This document shows positions 1 to 9,792 of a DNA stretch of 64,000 nucleotides, in pieces. Positions within the stretch are counted from its first letter, which is position 1. The number at the start of each line of letters is the position of its first letter. Below the pieces are notes generated by a model. That model ran no database searches, had not been told where the DNA came from, and worked only from the letters and a program-made list of their open reading frames with translations. The DNA is from a virus (lineage: Duplodnaviria; Caudoviricetes): positions 16,859-80,858 of IMG/VR virus record IMGVR_UViG_3300028804_000003. One strand, given 5' to 3'. The position numbers and the translations under genes are program-made.

Positions 1-5
1 TGGAG

Positions 6-1016
6 ATGGAGTGGGATCAGATGGTGCTCGATGAGGCGCACTATCTCAAGAGCATGGATGCCGAGCGCACACGTAGCATCTTCGGTGGTGGTGACTTCAA
101 GAAGAAGTATCTGGCACAGAATGCAGCGAGCATCGTGGCGCTGACCGGCACTCCGCTTCCGAACCGTCCGCGCGAGTGCTTCACACTGGCCAAGGCCCTG
201 TGTCCTGAGTCCATCGACTGGATGAACTATGATGACTTCGTCTTCCGCTTCAATCCATCGCAGCGCATGCAGACGAAGGACGACAAGATTTTCAACGTCG
301 AGAAGCGTGGCCGTCTGCCTGAACTGAACGCGCGTCTGCGTACTAACTTCATGGTGCGCCGTCTGAAGAAGGACGTGCTCAAGGACCTGCCTGACAAGGT
401 CTATGAACTGACCTACCTTGAGCCCACGGGCGCGATCCAAGATGTGCTGAAACGTGAGAGCCTGCTGAAGTACACCGTCATGGACCTGAAGAATCCATTC
501 GGTGACATGTTCGGTATGATTTCCACGATCCGCAAGGAGATGGGCATTGCCAAGGTGCCGCGCGTGGTTGAGCACATGAAGTACCTGCTCGACGTGTTGG
601 AGATTCCGAAGGTTGTGCTGTTCGCTCATCACGTCGAGGTGATGAACATGCTGACGCAAGCGCTCGAAAGGTTCGGCGTGGTGGCCGTGCGTGGTGGCAT
701 GTCTTCGAAGGCCAAGGACAGTTCCGTCCAGACATTCCAGACCGATCCGAAGAAGCGCATCTTCCTCGGCCAGATGGACTCTGCTGGCTTCGGCATCGAC
801 GGGCTTCAGAACGTGTGCAGCCATGTGGTCTTCGCTGAACCTGCATGGGTGCCGGGAACCAACGAACAGGCAGTGGATAGATGCCACCGCATCGGACAGC
901 ATGACAACGTCATCGCCCAGTTCTTGGTGGCCGAGGGTTCCCTTGATGAGAAGGTGCTGGCCACCGTGTTCGAGAAGAACGAAACCATTTACAACGTGCT
1001 GGACAAGGTGCAATAG
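6..1016 (+). CDS. SNF2/SF2-like DNA helicase (5'-truncated by window edge)
   Basis: Walker B 'VLDEAH', motif III 'LTGTP', C-terminal 'QAVDRCHRIGQ' (motif VI); the frame is open to the window start. Confidence 0.9.
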   Translation: MEWDQMVLDEAHYLKSMDAERTRSIFGGGDFKKKYLAQNAASIVALTGTPLPNRPRECFTLAKALCPESIDWMNYDDFVFRFNPSQRMQTKDDKIFNVEKRGRLPELNARLRTNFMVRRLKKDVLKDLPDKVYELTYLEPTGAIQDVLKRESLLKYTVMDLKNPFGDMFGMISTIRKEMGIAKVPRVVEHMKYLLDVLEIPKVVLFAHHVEVMNMLTQALERFGVVAVRGGMSSKAKDSSVQTFQTDPKKRIFLGQMDSAGFGIDGLQNVCSHVVFAEPAWVPGTNEQAVDRCHRIGQHDNVIAQFLVAEGSLDEKVLATVFEKNETIYNVLDKVQ

Positions 1017-1171
1017 TGGGCGACAAGACGAGCTACCGCAGACTCAATCTGAAGCAACGCGATCCGATGGCGCAAGACCTTGCGGACGACAAGTACCATC
1101 AGCGTGTTATACCCAAAAAGCGAAAAGGGGATAACAAGTTTCGTGAAGACGAATGGGAGGATGACACTTGA
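1016..1171 (+). CDS. small hypothetical protein (51 aa)
   Basis: GTG overlaps the helicase TAG; hand-translated open frame (MGDKTSYRRLNLKQRDPMAQDLADDKYHQRVIPKKR...); not in the ORF track. Confidence 0.5.
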   Translation: MGDKTSYRRLNLKQRDPMAQDLADDKYHQRVIPKKRKGDNKFREDEWEDDT

Positions 1172-1192
1172 CAGAAACCTAGAACTAGGCTA
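1168..1192 (+). promoter_or_regulatory. sigma70-type promoter
   Basis: TTGACA-N15-GCTA, the same geometry as the promoter at 14037; resembles the alphaproteobacterial housekeeping consensus. Confidence 0.6.
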
Positions 1193-1227
1193 CCCGTTTA
1201 CCAACAATCCAACAAGGAGATGACAAC

Positions 1228-1797
1228 ATGGAAGTTTACGAAATCAGTGCTCGCTTCATGCGCCGCATTCAGGCCAAGGAATACGAGCCCGCCGAGGCCG
1301 AAGTCACGCTGAAGGCCAATCTGGCTGACGGTGAAGACTATATGGCCGCTGCCACGACCCTCATGACCTCGGCCAAGACCACCGTTATCGAGTCCGGCCT
1401 GAAGTCCGGCAAGACCACGGCTGAAGCCACGGTCGTCAGCGAGGCTGCCAAGAATGTCGGCGGTCGCCCGAAGAAGGAGACCCTGACTCCACCGGCTGCC
1501 AAGACTGAAGCCGCCAAGCCCGCCGATCCCAAGCCCGAGCCGACCCCGGCCCCGGTCGCCGCACCGGCTGCCGAGCCCGATGAGTTCGGTGAGTTCGAGA
1601 CGGCTGCCGAGCCCGAGAAGCCGATGACCGGCAAGGAGCTTCAGGAGTGGATCACCGCTCACTTGCAGGCCAAGAAGATCGACACGGCCAGCGTCAAGGC
1701 GATCCTTGCGAAGTATGGTGCCGCTCGCACCATGGATACCAAGGACGAAGATCGCCCGAAGATCAAGGCCGACATCGAGGCCGCGCTGAAGAAGTGA
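1228..1797 (+). CDS. hypothetical replication-module protein with Ala/Pro/Glu linker
   Basis: Strong RBS (AAGGAG), typical codon usage, two folded ends joined by a PAPE-rich linker. Confidence 0.75.
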   Translation: MEVYEISARFMRRIQAKEYEPAEAEVTLKANLADGEDYMAAATTLMTSAKTTVIESGLKSGKTTAEATVVSEAAKNVGGRPKKETLTPPAAKTEAAKPADPKPEPTPAPVAAPAAEPDEFGEFETAAEPEKPMTGKELQEWITAHLQAKKIDTASVKAILAKYGAARTMDTKDEDRPKIKADIEAALKK

Positions 1798-1813
1798 GCA
1801 AGAACGACTGACC

Positions 1814-2275
1814 ATGCCGAGCACTCGTGAATATAGGTCGCGTCCCGAAGTCGTACTGAAAGCCCGTGAATACGGTAGAAGGTACAAGGATAAACATCGG
1901 AACGCGATAAACACGAGGGCTCGGGCAAGGAAAGCATCGAAGAAGGAACAGGTAGGGTTGAGCCCCGCCTGTTCCAAAGCCACCCTGACTGATGCTGAAG
2001 AGCGTAATAACATCAGGACATATGCTCTGAAGAAGAAGTATGGGTTGACCATTGACCAATGGGAATCCTTATTTGAGGACCAAGGTAGATGTTGTGCTAT
2101 ATGCCATACACTTGAGCCCAGAGGTAGGTACGGATGGCAAACGGACCACTGCCATTCTTCAGGAAAAGTCCGAGGTATTCTATGTGCCCATTGCAATATG
2201 GTCCTCGGGCTTGTAAAAGAAAATGTCGGCACAATGCAGACCATGATTGAGTATATCAGGAGCCACAATGGGTGA
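1814..2275 (+). CDS. endonuclease VII-like (HNH) homing endonuclease
   Basis: 'KKKYGLT...CCAIC...DHCHSSGKVRGILCAHCN' matches the Endonuclease_7 pattern; lower GC than its flanks. Confidence 0.85.
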   Translation: MPSTREYRSRPEVVLKAREYGRRYKDKHRNAINTRARARKASKKEQVGLSPACSKATLTDAEERNNIRTYALKKKYGLTIDQWESLFEDQGRCCAICHTLEPRGRYGWQTDHCHSSGKVRGILCAHCNMVLGLVKENVGTMQTMIEYIRSHNG

Positions 2276-3512
2276 CATCTCGGTTGTAGCAATATCACAT
2301 AGTCCCCTCGGCGCGTCCGGTTCCGGTAGGTGGATGCACTGCCCCGGTTCCATTCAGCTTGGCAAGAAGCTCGGCATCGGGTTCACCGAGTCGGGACTGG
2401 CCGCCAAGGAAGGCACCGCTGCGCATGAGGTGCTTGCCCGTTGCCTTGAGGGTGACTGGCCCGAGCCATGGGAGTTCATGGGAACACAGGTGACCGTCGA
2501 GGGAACCAAGTTCGATGTGGACCAAGGCATGGTCAATGCGTTGAGCATCTGCTACTCGCACATCATGGAGAACATCGCTGAGGCCAAGGCCTACGGTGAG
2601 GTGACGCTGTTCATCGAAACATCCATGAAGCATTCCAAGCATGACCTCATGTACGGGACAACTGATTGCGGCATCGTGGCGGTAAATCATGCCATGCGCA
2701 GTGTCCGCATATGGGTGAACGATCTGAAGTTTGGAGCCGGTATCACCGTTGAGCCAACCAGTTCGCAGATCAAATACTACGCCGAGCTTTTGGTGGACCG
2801 ACTCATTCAGGATGGTCTCATCGACAGCCACGCCGATGTGGAAGAAATCATTCTGACCATCATGCAGCCGCGCATCCCTCATCATGAAGGGCTCATCCGC
2901 AGCATCAGCATGACAGGCATCGAGCTTGAGACTTGGTATCTGAATGAGCTTGTCCCTGCGATGGCAGAGACCGAGAACCCGGACGCTCGATTGGAGATGG
3001 GTGACCACTGCACCTTCTGCCCGGTGAAGAGTCATTGCCCTGCCATGGCTCAGGCGATCATCGACCTATCCAAGCTGACCAATCCTGAGAAGATGAGCGG
3101 CGAAGAAATCGGTGAGGCCATCAACAAGATCAAGGCCATCACGAAGATGGGTGAAAGGCTTGAGCAGATCGCCTTTGACCGCGCCATGAAGGGCGACCGC
3201 ATCAAGGGCTTCAAGCTCGTCAAGAAGAAAGCCAATAGGCAGTGGCGAGACTATATCAAGGTCGATAAGCAGGACGTTCCCGTCGAGGAATACCTGAAAG
3301 CAAAGTTCGGTGAGGCCGCATACACGAAGCCGGTCCTGCTGACGCCGCCGCAGATTGAAAAGCTGCCGGGTGGCAAGACGTTCGTCACGCAGTGCGCGTT
3401 CACCCCGCAAAATACCGGGTTGACACTTGCTCCGTTGTCGGATAATCGTGTGGAAGCAAAGTCACTGATGGACCTGATGGACGAACAAGAAGCCCAAAGG
3501 GACGATCTGTGA
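2268..3512 (+). CDS. Cas4-like PD-(D/E)XK exonuclease (DUF2800 type)
   Basis: 'HSPLGASGSGRWMHCPGS', 'GTAAH', 'GTTD...VNDLKFG', C-terminal 'HCTFCP...C'; start chosen at AGGAG-N5-ATG 2268. Confidence 0.85.
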   Translation: MGDISVVAISHSPLGASGSGRWMHCPGSIQLGKKLGIGFTESGLAAKEGTAAHEVLARCLEGDWPEPWEFMGTQVTVEGTKFDVDQGMVNALSICYSHIMENIAEAKAYGEVTLFIETSMKHSKHDLMYGTTDCGIVAVNHAMRSVRIWVNDLKFGAGITVEPTSSQIKYYAELLVDRLIQDGLIDSHADVEEIILTIMQPRIPHHEGLIRSISMTGIELETWYLNELVPAMAETENPDARLEMGDHCTFCPVKSHCPAMAQAIIDLSKLTNPEKMSGEEIGEAINKIKAITKMGERLEQIAFDRAMKGDRIKGFKLVKKKANRQWRDYIKVDKQDVPVEEYLKAKFGEAAYTKPVLLTPPQIEKLPGGKTFVTQCAFTPQNTGLTLAPLSDNRVEAKSLMDLMDEQEAQRDDL

Positions 3513-3520
3513 TAGAGCAG

Positions 3521-3560
3521 CAAGCAGTAGTAAGCAGTAGCAAACAGTAGCAAACAGGAG
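3521..3560 (+). repeat. 4 x 10-bp tandem repeat upstream of ssb RBS
   Basis: CAAGCAGTAG TAAGCAGTAG CAAACAGTAG CAAACAGGAG read directly; the last unit contains the RBS. Confidence 0.85.
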
Positions 3561-3566
3561 AAAACA

Positions 3567-4295
3567 ATGAGCAATGAACTTCGCCTTAACCTCATGTCCC
3601 CGCTGGTTCGCATCAGTCAGGTTTATGTGGAAAAGGCCCGCCTCTACAAGGACCCGAAGACCGGCATCGAGGCCAAGGAACCCAAGTACAGCGTCAGCAT
3701 GATCGTTGAACCGGGCGACATGACCAAGTTCAAGCGCGAGGTCGATGAAAAGCTCATCGACGTTGACTTGATTGCCGAGTGCAAGGCCATCGTCAAGCAG
3801 AAGTGGCCGGAGCTGGACCTGAAGGAGATGTTCCCGAAGAAGCCTGACGGCACGAACGACTGGCCGCTGAAGAAGGGTGACGACATCATCGCCCTCTCTG
3901 CCAAGAAGGGGAAGAAGAGCAATCTCGATTTCCTTGCTGGCAAGTACCAGATCGGAACCACGGCCAGCGTGAAAGTCCCGCCGCGCCTCTCCTACTTCGA
4001 CCCCAAGGTCGGCAAGTGGGCGACTCTCGACCGCGACAATCCCGAGGATCTGAAGATCATCAAGAAGCTGTTTCTGCCGGGGAACTATGCGATGCTGGAA
4101 CTCAGCATCGTCCCGAATGAAGTCAACGGCAAGTGCTATCTCACCTTCTACGTGAACCATGTTCGCTTCAAGAAGGTCGGTGATCGCATCGGCGGCGGCA
4201 ACTCGATGATGGATCGCTTCGACGGCATCGACGGTGGCGAGGGTGACGTGGACCCGACCGCTGGTGACGACGACTTCGGCGCAGACGACATCTAA
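3567..4295 (+). CDS. single-stranded DNA-binding protein (DUF2815-like)
   Basis: 'EPKYSVSMI', acidic C-terminal tail (GDDDFGADDI), located between the DUF2800 nuclease and polA as in related phages. Confidence 0.8.
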   Translation: MSNELRLNLMSPLVRISQVYVEKARLYKDPKTGIEAKEPKYSVSMIVEPGDMTKFKREVDEKLIDVDLIAECKAIVKQKWPELDLKEMFPKKPDGTNDWPLKKGDDIIALSAKKGKKSNLDFLAGKYQIGTTASVKVPPRLSYFDPKVGKWATLDRDNPEDLKIIKKLFLPGNYAMLELSIVPNEVNGKCYLTFYVNHVRFKKVGDRIGGGNSMMDRFDGIDGGEGDVDPTAGDDDFGADDI

Positions 4296-4353
4296 GGAAC
4301 CCCGCTCCCCCCGAGGGTCGTGCTGTAAAAATATCGGGGAATGAACGACGCAC

Positions 4354-4388
4354 CGGGGCGGGACTCATAATCTCGCCCTGTCCTTTTC
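4354..4388 (+). terminator. possible intrinsic terminator
   Basis: GGGGCGGGA/TCTCGCCCT stem followed by a short T-run. Confidence 0.4.
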
Positions 4389-4400
4389 AACGAGGTCACA

Positions 4401-6437
4401 TTGCACATCCTTCAGCGCCCACGTATGATCTGCGATTTCGAAACGTACTCCGAAGTGGACGTGCGTGATTGCGGTGCATGGCGCTATGCTGAGGACCCCT
4501 CCACTGAAGTCCTCTGCCTGTCATACGGTCGTCCCGGTGAGCGCAAGAAGCTCTGGACTCCTGACAAACCATTCCCGCAAGAAATCATCGACCACATCAA
4601 CGCCGGTCATCCTATCGAAGCGCACAACTGTCAGTTCGAGCGCGCGATCTGGTTCTGGCAACTGAGTGCCAAGCTCGGTATCCCGAACCCGCAGTGCTGG
4701 ATCGACACGCTCGCATCGTGTGCCTACCGTGGCCTGCCGCTCGGCCTTGATGAAGTGGGCGCGGTATTGGACCTGCCTATCAAGAAGGACAAGGAAGGCA
4801 AGACCCTTATCCAGAAGCTCTGCAAGCCGAGGAAGCCCACGAAGAAAGACCCGAGCACACGCAACCGCGATGCCGCTCTGTTGCAGAAGCTATATGACTA
4901 CTGTGTGCAAGACGGTGAGGCTGAAGACAAACTCGGTGAGACCATTGGAGACCTGTCTGCCGATGAGTTCTCGACGTGGGTGATGGATCAGCGAATCAAT
5001 CGCCGTGGCGTGTACGTGGATATGGAAGCGGTGCTCGCTGCGCTCCACATCGTCACCACCATCACGGACAATTTGGAAAAGGAACTCGTCACTCTAACGG
5101 ATGGGGCTGTCACTGGTGGCAGTGAGGTTGCCAAGATCGGCGCATGGTGCGCGACACAAGGAGTCAAACTTCCGAACCTGCAAGCGGGCACCGTCGAAGA
5201 CTTCATCAAGGGCCTATATGTTCCGCTGCCCGACAACGTGAAACGAGTCCTTGAGATTCGTCAACAGCTATCCCGTGCCAGCGCCAAGAAGCTCATCAAG
5301 TTCCGCGATTGCTGCTGCAAGAATGGCCGCATCCACGGCCTGCTTCAGTACCACGGTGCGGGCACAGGTCGATGGGCTGGCCGTCTCGTGCAGCCGCAGA
5401 ACTTCCCGCGTGGATCAGTCAAGGACATCGACCTTCTGATCGCCACCATCAAGACCCGTGACGCCGATATACTGGCCTTCCACTACGGCGACCCCATGGA
5501 AGCCATTGCGAGCAGCCTACGCGGCATGTTCACTGCCACGCCGGGTAAGACCTTCTATGTGGCCGACTTCGCCGCTATCGAGGCCCGTGTGGTCATGTGG
5601 CTGGCAGGCCAGATGGACGCGCTGGAAGCCTTTGCCAAGTTCGACAAGGGTGAAGGCCCGGACATCTATTGCGTGACGGCCAGCAAGATTTACAAGCGCC
5701 CTATCGACAAGAAGAAAGACCCGGACGAACGTCAGCTTGGCAAGATCACCGTGCTCGGTTGCGGATACCAGATGTCCGGCCCGAAACTTCAGATGCAGGC
5801 GCTCGACTCCTATGGTGTGGAAATCACATTGGAGATGGCGAACCTCATGGTCAGCACATTCCGCACAGACTATGGTGAGGTGCCGAAGCTATGGAAGGCC
5901 CTTGAAGAGGGAGCCGCCAAGGCCATTCGCTTCAAGCGCGCCGAAGAGGTCGTCAGTCAGAACGGTGTTCGAATCATCTTCCGCTATGAGAAGGACGCGG
6001 CTGGCTCGTGGCTGTCCATGGAGCTTCCGAACGGTCGCAAGCTATGGTACTTTGAGCCGGGACTGGAAGAGCGAGAGGTCCAGTATACGGACAAGGAAAC
6101 GGGTGAACTGAAGTCCTTCTGGAAGGACAGCATCTACTACCAAGGCCGCAACAACAAGAAGGGTGGTGCTTGGGGCCGTGTTTACACATACGGTGGAATG
6201 TTGACAGAGAACGCGGTCCAAGCTATAGCTCGTGACTTGATGGTCGCGGCCATGCGCCGTGTCGAGAAGGCAGGATTTGAAATCGTGATGTCCGTCCATG
6301 ACGAAGTGGTTGCTGAAGCAGAGCCCGGTCTGGATGTGAAGGCATTCGAGAAACTGGTGGCCGGACCAAACCCGGCGTGGGCACGTGGATGTCCGGTGGC
6401 CGCTGAAGCGTGGTCAGGGAGACGCTATAAAAAATGA
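4401..6437 (+). CDS. family A DNA polymerase with 3'-5' exonuclease domain
   Basis: ExoI 'CDFET', motif A 'VADFAAIEARV', motif B 'RQLGKITVLGCGY' (Leu at the F762-equivalent position), motif C 'SVHDE'; TTG start. Confidence 0.95.
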   Translation: MHILQRPRMICDFETYSEVDVRDCGAWRYAEDPSTEVLCLSYGRPGERKKLWTPDKPFPQEIIDHINAGHPIEAHNCQFERAIWFWQLSAKLGIPNPQCWIDTLASCAYRGLPLGLDEVGAVLDLPIKKDKEGKTLIQKLCKPRKPTKKDPSTRNRDAALLQKLYDYCVQDGEAEDKLGETIGDLSADEFSTWVMDQRINRRGVYVDMEAVLAALHIVTTITDNLEKELVTLTDGAVTGGSEVAKIGAWCATQGVKLPNLQAGTVEDFIKGLYVPLPDNVKRVLEIRQQLSRASAKKLIKFRDCCCKNGRIHGLLQYHGAGTGRWAGRLVQPQNFPRGSVKDIDLLIATIKTRDADILAFHYGDPMEAIASSLRGMFTATPGKTFYVADFAAIEARVVMWLAGQMDALEAFAKFDKGEGPDIYCVTASKIYKRPIDKKKDPDERQLGKITVLGCGYQMSGPKLQMQALDSYGVEITLEMANLMVSTFRTDYGEVPKLWKALEEGAAKAIRFKRAEEVVSQNGVRIIFRYEKDAAGSWLSMELPNGRKLWYFEPGLEEREVQYTDKETGELKSFWKDSIYYQGRNNKKGGAWGRVYTYGGMLTENAVQAIARDLMVAAMRRVEKAGFEIVMSVHDEVVAEAEPGLDVKAFEKLVAGPNPAWARGCPVAAEAWSGRRYKK

Positions 6438-6934
6438 GAGTCATTGGAATCGACCCCGGCATCTCTGGCGCAATCGCTGCCTACGATGGAACCAGTCTTC
6501 ACGTCGAGGATGTGCCTACTATTGCCATCAAGAAGACCAAGGGCAAGGGCGAGAAGAACATCATCAACATGCAAGGGCTGGCCGACCTGTTCAACTTCAT
6601 GTTCGCGGGCGCGGACCACGCATACATCGAGCGAGTCGGTGCGATGCCGGGGCAGGGCGTCACATCAATGTTCAACTTCGGCAAAGCCGCTGGCACCCTT
6701 GAGATGGGGCTGGCCATGATGCAGACGCCGTATACTGTCATCTCGCCGGTCGAGTGGAAGGCAAAGATGGGGCTCAACAATGACGGCGAGAAGTCCCGCA
6801 GTCGAGCCCTGCAACTGTTCCCAAGGTTCGCCTCATACTTCCAGCGCAAGATGGATCACAACCGAGCCGAGGCCGCGCTGCTCGCATGGTACGGCTATCA
6901 ATTCATCACTACAGGAAAGGTCCCACGCCCATGA
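6434..6934 (+). CDS. RuvC-like Holliday junction resolvase
   Basis: 'IGIDPG', 'YIERVGAMPGQGVTSMFNFG', 'AEAALLA'. Confidence 0.9.
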   Translation: MRVIGIDPGISGAIAAYDGTSLHVEDVPTIAIKKTKGKGEKNIINMQGLADLFNFMFAGADHAYIERVGAMPGQGVTSMFNFGKAAGTLEMGLAMMQTPYTVISPVEWKAKMGLNNDGEKSRSRALQLFPRFASYFQRKMDHNRAEAALLAWYGYQFITTGKVPRP

Positions 6935-8613
6935 CACTGACGCCCAAGAAACTCGTGAAGAGCTATGCGAAGCATGGCAGTCTAAAGAAGGTCTGGAAGG
7001 CCCATCCGGGCACGTCATGGAAGACCGTGCTGAATGTATATGCCGTGGCCGTGGCTGAGGGTTTGATGCAGCCGTTGCGTCCGGGCGCGAAGACCAAGAA
7101 TCAACTGGCAAACCCGAGCGAAGTTCTCGATGTGCCGACCGGCAAGGTGCGCGCACTCGAAACCGTCGAGGCCAAGATGCCGAAGCGCGGCGTGAAGCGC
7201 TACCTGTTCACCTCAGCACAGAACAACACGCATGCGTTCGCGCCTTTCTGGCGCAATCTGCTGGTGCTCCGTGAGCACTACAAGGCCGAACTTCATGTCA
7301 GCCGCTTCGTCTATCTGACAACCAGTGTCGCATCTGTGCTTGACAAGCACGTGGCATTCGACGGGCTCAAGACGGTGGAGAAGGAAGACATCTGGTGGGC
7401 ACCCGAGTTCAAGCCGTATCTGTCCGACTACCGCATGGAGGTGGCACCGGGACTCGTGTGGTGCGGCGAGATGAACATCCTGCCCACGGCTGAAAACCCG
7501 CTTGGTGGGCTGGAAGTCTACACCGGGCGCAAGTCCGCGATCTTCCCGCATGCCAAGGTAGCCATGCAATCCATCGCATCGAGCAAGCATGCGCCTACCA
7601 AGTTCAACTACACCACCGGCACTGCCACGTTGCGCAACTACATCCAGCGCAAGGCCGGTCTCAAGGCTGAGTTCCATCACGTCTACGGCGCGCTGCTGGT
7701 GGAGGTCGATGCCGAGGGCGATTGGTTCTGCCGTCAGATCATCGCGGACTCCGAGGGCGTCATCAACGACCTTGATGTGAACGTGGATGCCAACGGTGTG
7801 CTGACCACCGGCAACAATGTCGAGTCCATCACGTGGGCTGACATCCACTCGGACGATCTGGTGCCATGGGTGCGCGAGCTTGCATGGGGACCGGGCGGCA
7901 TGCTCGATATTCTGCAACCGAACTCGCAATTCTTCCATGACGTGCTCGGCTTCCGCGCCAAGAGCCATCACGAACTGAAGCATCCGCACCGCTTGTTCCG
8001 CCGATACCTTCTCGGCCAGACGAACGTGAAGAAGGAGTGCGAGGATGTCTGCACCTTCCTGACCGTGGCCTTCCGTGATTGGTGTGACAACGTCATCGTG
8101 GACTCGAACCATCATGACCACCTTGGCCGCTGGCTTGAAGAGCAGGACGGTCGTCTCGATCCGAAGAATGCCGAGTTCTGGACGGACATGCAGGCCCGCG
8201 TGTGGGCCGACTTGCGCGCCGGGGCTCAGACACCCAACTACTTCCGACTCATGGTGCAGGCCGTGCAGCCGGGGCTTCAGGGTGTGCTCACGATCCTTGA
8301 CCGCGATACGAGCTATATCATCTGCCCGGATCGCAATGGTGGCATCGAGTGTGGCATGCACGGCCATGCAGGACCGAATGGTGGGCGCGGCAACCCTCGT
8401 GCTTTCGCCAAGCTCGGGCGCAAGGCCAACCTCGGCCACTATCATGCGGCTGGCATCCTTGACGGCATCTACTTCGGCGGCACGTGCTCTTCGCTCGACC
8501 CCGATTGGACCACAGGCCCCGGCGCGTGGTCTCACTCCCATATCGTGACGTACCCGAACGGGAAACGCACCATCGTGACTATGTGGAACAACAAGTGGAA
8601 GGCGGGTAAATAG
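6931..8613 (+). CDS. large calcineurin-like metallophosphoesterase-fold protein
   Basis: Ordered motifs 'WADIH', 'HDVL', 'DSNHHDH', 'MHGH', 'GHYH'; ATGA coupling to the resolvase gene. Confidence 0.65.
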   Translation: MTLTPKKLVKSYAKHGSLKKVWKAHPGTSWKTVLNVYAVAVAEGLMQPLRPGAKTKNQLANPSEVLDVPTGKVRALETVEAKMPKRGVKRYLFTSAQNNTHAFAPFWRNLLVLREHYKAELHVSRFVYLTTSVASVLDKHVAFDGLKTVEKEDIWWAPEFKPYLSDYRMEVAPGLVWCGEMNILPTAENPLGGLEVYTGRKSAIFPHAKVAMQSIASSKHAPTKFNYTTGTATLRNYIQRKAGLKAEFHHVYGALLVEVDAEGDWFCRQIIADSEGVINDLDVNVDANGVLTTGNNVESITWADIHSDDLVPWVRELAWGPGGMLDILQPNSQFFHDVLGFRAKSHHELKHPHRLFRRYLLGQTNVKKECEDVCTFLTVAFRDWCDNVIVDSNHHDHLGRWLEEQDGRLDPKNAEFWTDMQARVWADLRAGAQTPNYFRLMVQAVQPGLQGVLTILDRDTSYIICPDRNGGIECGMHGHAGPNGGRGNPRAFAKLGRKANLGHYHAAGILDGIYFGGTCSSLDPDWTTGPGAWSHSHIVTYPNGKRTIVTMWNNKWKAGK

Positions 8614-8615
8614 CT

Positions 8616-9353
8616 ATGCGATATATGGGTTCGAAAAGTAGACACGCGGAGTCTTTAATAAGCATCATGCAACCGAGTAGGTATCCAGCATATGTAGAGC
8701 CCTTTGTAGGTGGGGCCAATTTGATAGATAAAGTAGAATGCCCCACACGAATCGGATGCGATGTAGACGCTGATTTAATTTGTTTATGGAAAGAAGTGTC
8801 CAAAGGATGGATGCCTCCCCTTTCTATTACAGAAGAGGAGTACAGGGTTCTTAAACTCGCTAAAGAACCTAGCCCTTTGCGGGGATATGCCGCCTTCGCA
8901 CTATCCTTTGGGGGTAAGAAATTCGGAGGATGGAGCCGAGATAAACAACAAAGCGACTACTCAAAAAGGGGATATACATCTGCTACTAAACAATTCCCGA
9001 AATTACTGGGCGTTCAATTTTTTAATTGTTCATATGAATTTTCTCCTTTACCAGAGGGGGCTTTAGTGTACTGTGATCCCCCATATATTGGCACTACCAA
9101 ATACTCGTCAAAGTTCGATCACGAAGCTTTTTGGGGGTGGGTACGTAAAACGTCACAAAGGCATCACGTATATGTTTCGGAGTACTTAGCGCCAAATGAT
9201 TTTACGTGCGTTTGGGAAAAACAGACTAAGTCCGGTATCAGATGTAAAAATACATCAGAAAAAAACGGAGAAACTCTTCACGTTCATATAGGAGAAGACG
9301 ATGACAACAAAGAGACTCTATCTGGCTGGCCCTATTGCGGGGCTGACCTATGA
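8616..9353 (+). CDS. Dam/D12-class N6-adenine DNA methyltransferase
   Basis: 'RYMGSK', 'YVEPFVGG' SAM-binding motif, 'YCDPPY' catalytic motif; AT-rich. Confidence 0.9.
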   Translation: MRYMGSKSRHAESLISIMQPSRYPAYVEPFVGGANLIDKVECPTRIGCDVDADLICLWKEVSKGWMPPLSITEEEYRVLKLAKEPSPLRGYAAFALSFGGKKFGGWSRDKQQSDYSKRGYTSATKQFPKLLGVQFFNCSYEFSPLPEGALVYCDPPYIGTTKYSSKFDHEAFWGWVRKTSQRHHVYVSEYLAPNDFTCVWEKQTKSGIRCKNTSEKNGETLHVHIGEDDDNKETLSGWPYCGADL

Positions 9354-9783
9354 AGAAGCTGCGCTCGATTGGCGTGAGCTTGTGATCCAGCATCTCCATG
9401 GTAGCCACCACTGGGTGGACATCCACTGCCACTCGCCCATGCGTGGCAAGGTGTTCCTGAAGGGCTCTGGCCAGATCATCGGCAAGCAGGGCTACGAGAG
9501 CCACCCGATGTCATCCATGCAGGGTATCATAGGTCGTGACCGCAATGACGTGATGATGGCTGACGCCGTCTTCATGAACGTGCAGGGTGCCAAGAGCGTC
9601 AGCATCGGAACCACAGTGGAGCTTGGGTGGGCCGATGCATTCCGCAAGCCGGTGATCCTTGTGTTGGACAAGGGCGGCTTCCATGACCATGCCTTCTATA
9701 AGGGCATAGCAACCTACGTTTGCGACTCAGTCCAACAAGGCATCGAGTGCGCCAAGGCGTTGCTCGTTCCGAACCCAGTCTAG
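9301..9783 (+). CDS. nucleoside 2-deoxyribosyltransferase / dNMP N-glycosidase family
   Basis: 'LYLAGPI', 'RDRNDVMMADAV', 'SIGTTVELGWA...KPVI'. Confidence 0.85.
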   Translation: MTTKRLYLAGPIAGLTYEEAALDWRELVIQHLHGSHHWVDIHCHSPMRGKVFLKGSGQIIGKQGYESHPMSSMQGIIGRDRNDVMMADAVFMNVQGAKSVSIGTTVELGWADAFRKPVILVLDKGGFHDHAFYKGIATYVCDSVQQGIECAKALLVPNPV

Positions 9784-9792
9784 GAGGACCCC

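Noticed and set aside
2268-3512. Cas4 as part of a CRISPR system
   Set aside because: This is the stand-alone DUF2800-type nuclease in its usual nuclease-SSB-polA replication context.
4401-6437. Z-genome (DpoZ/PurZ) phage
   Set aside because: No purZ or datZ is visible in the window and an N6-adenine MTase is present; it cannot be fully excluded outside the window.
7213-8541. Long antisense ORFs (also 12372-13646, 15931-17415, 17587-19296, 29099-30001, 31529-33184, 36580-37725)
   Set aside because: They are shadow frames of strongly codon-biased GC-rich genes, with no RBS or motifs.
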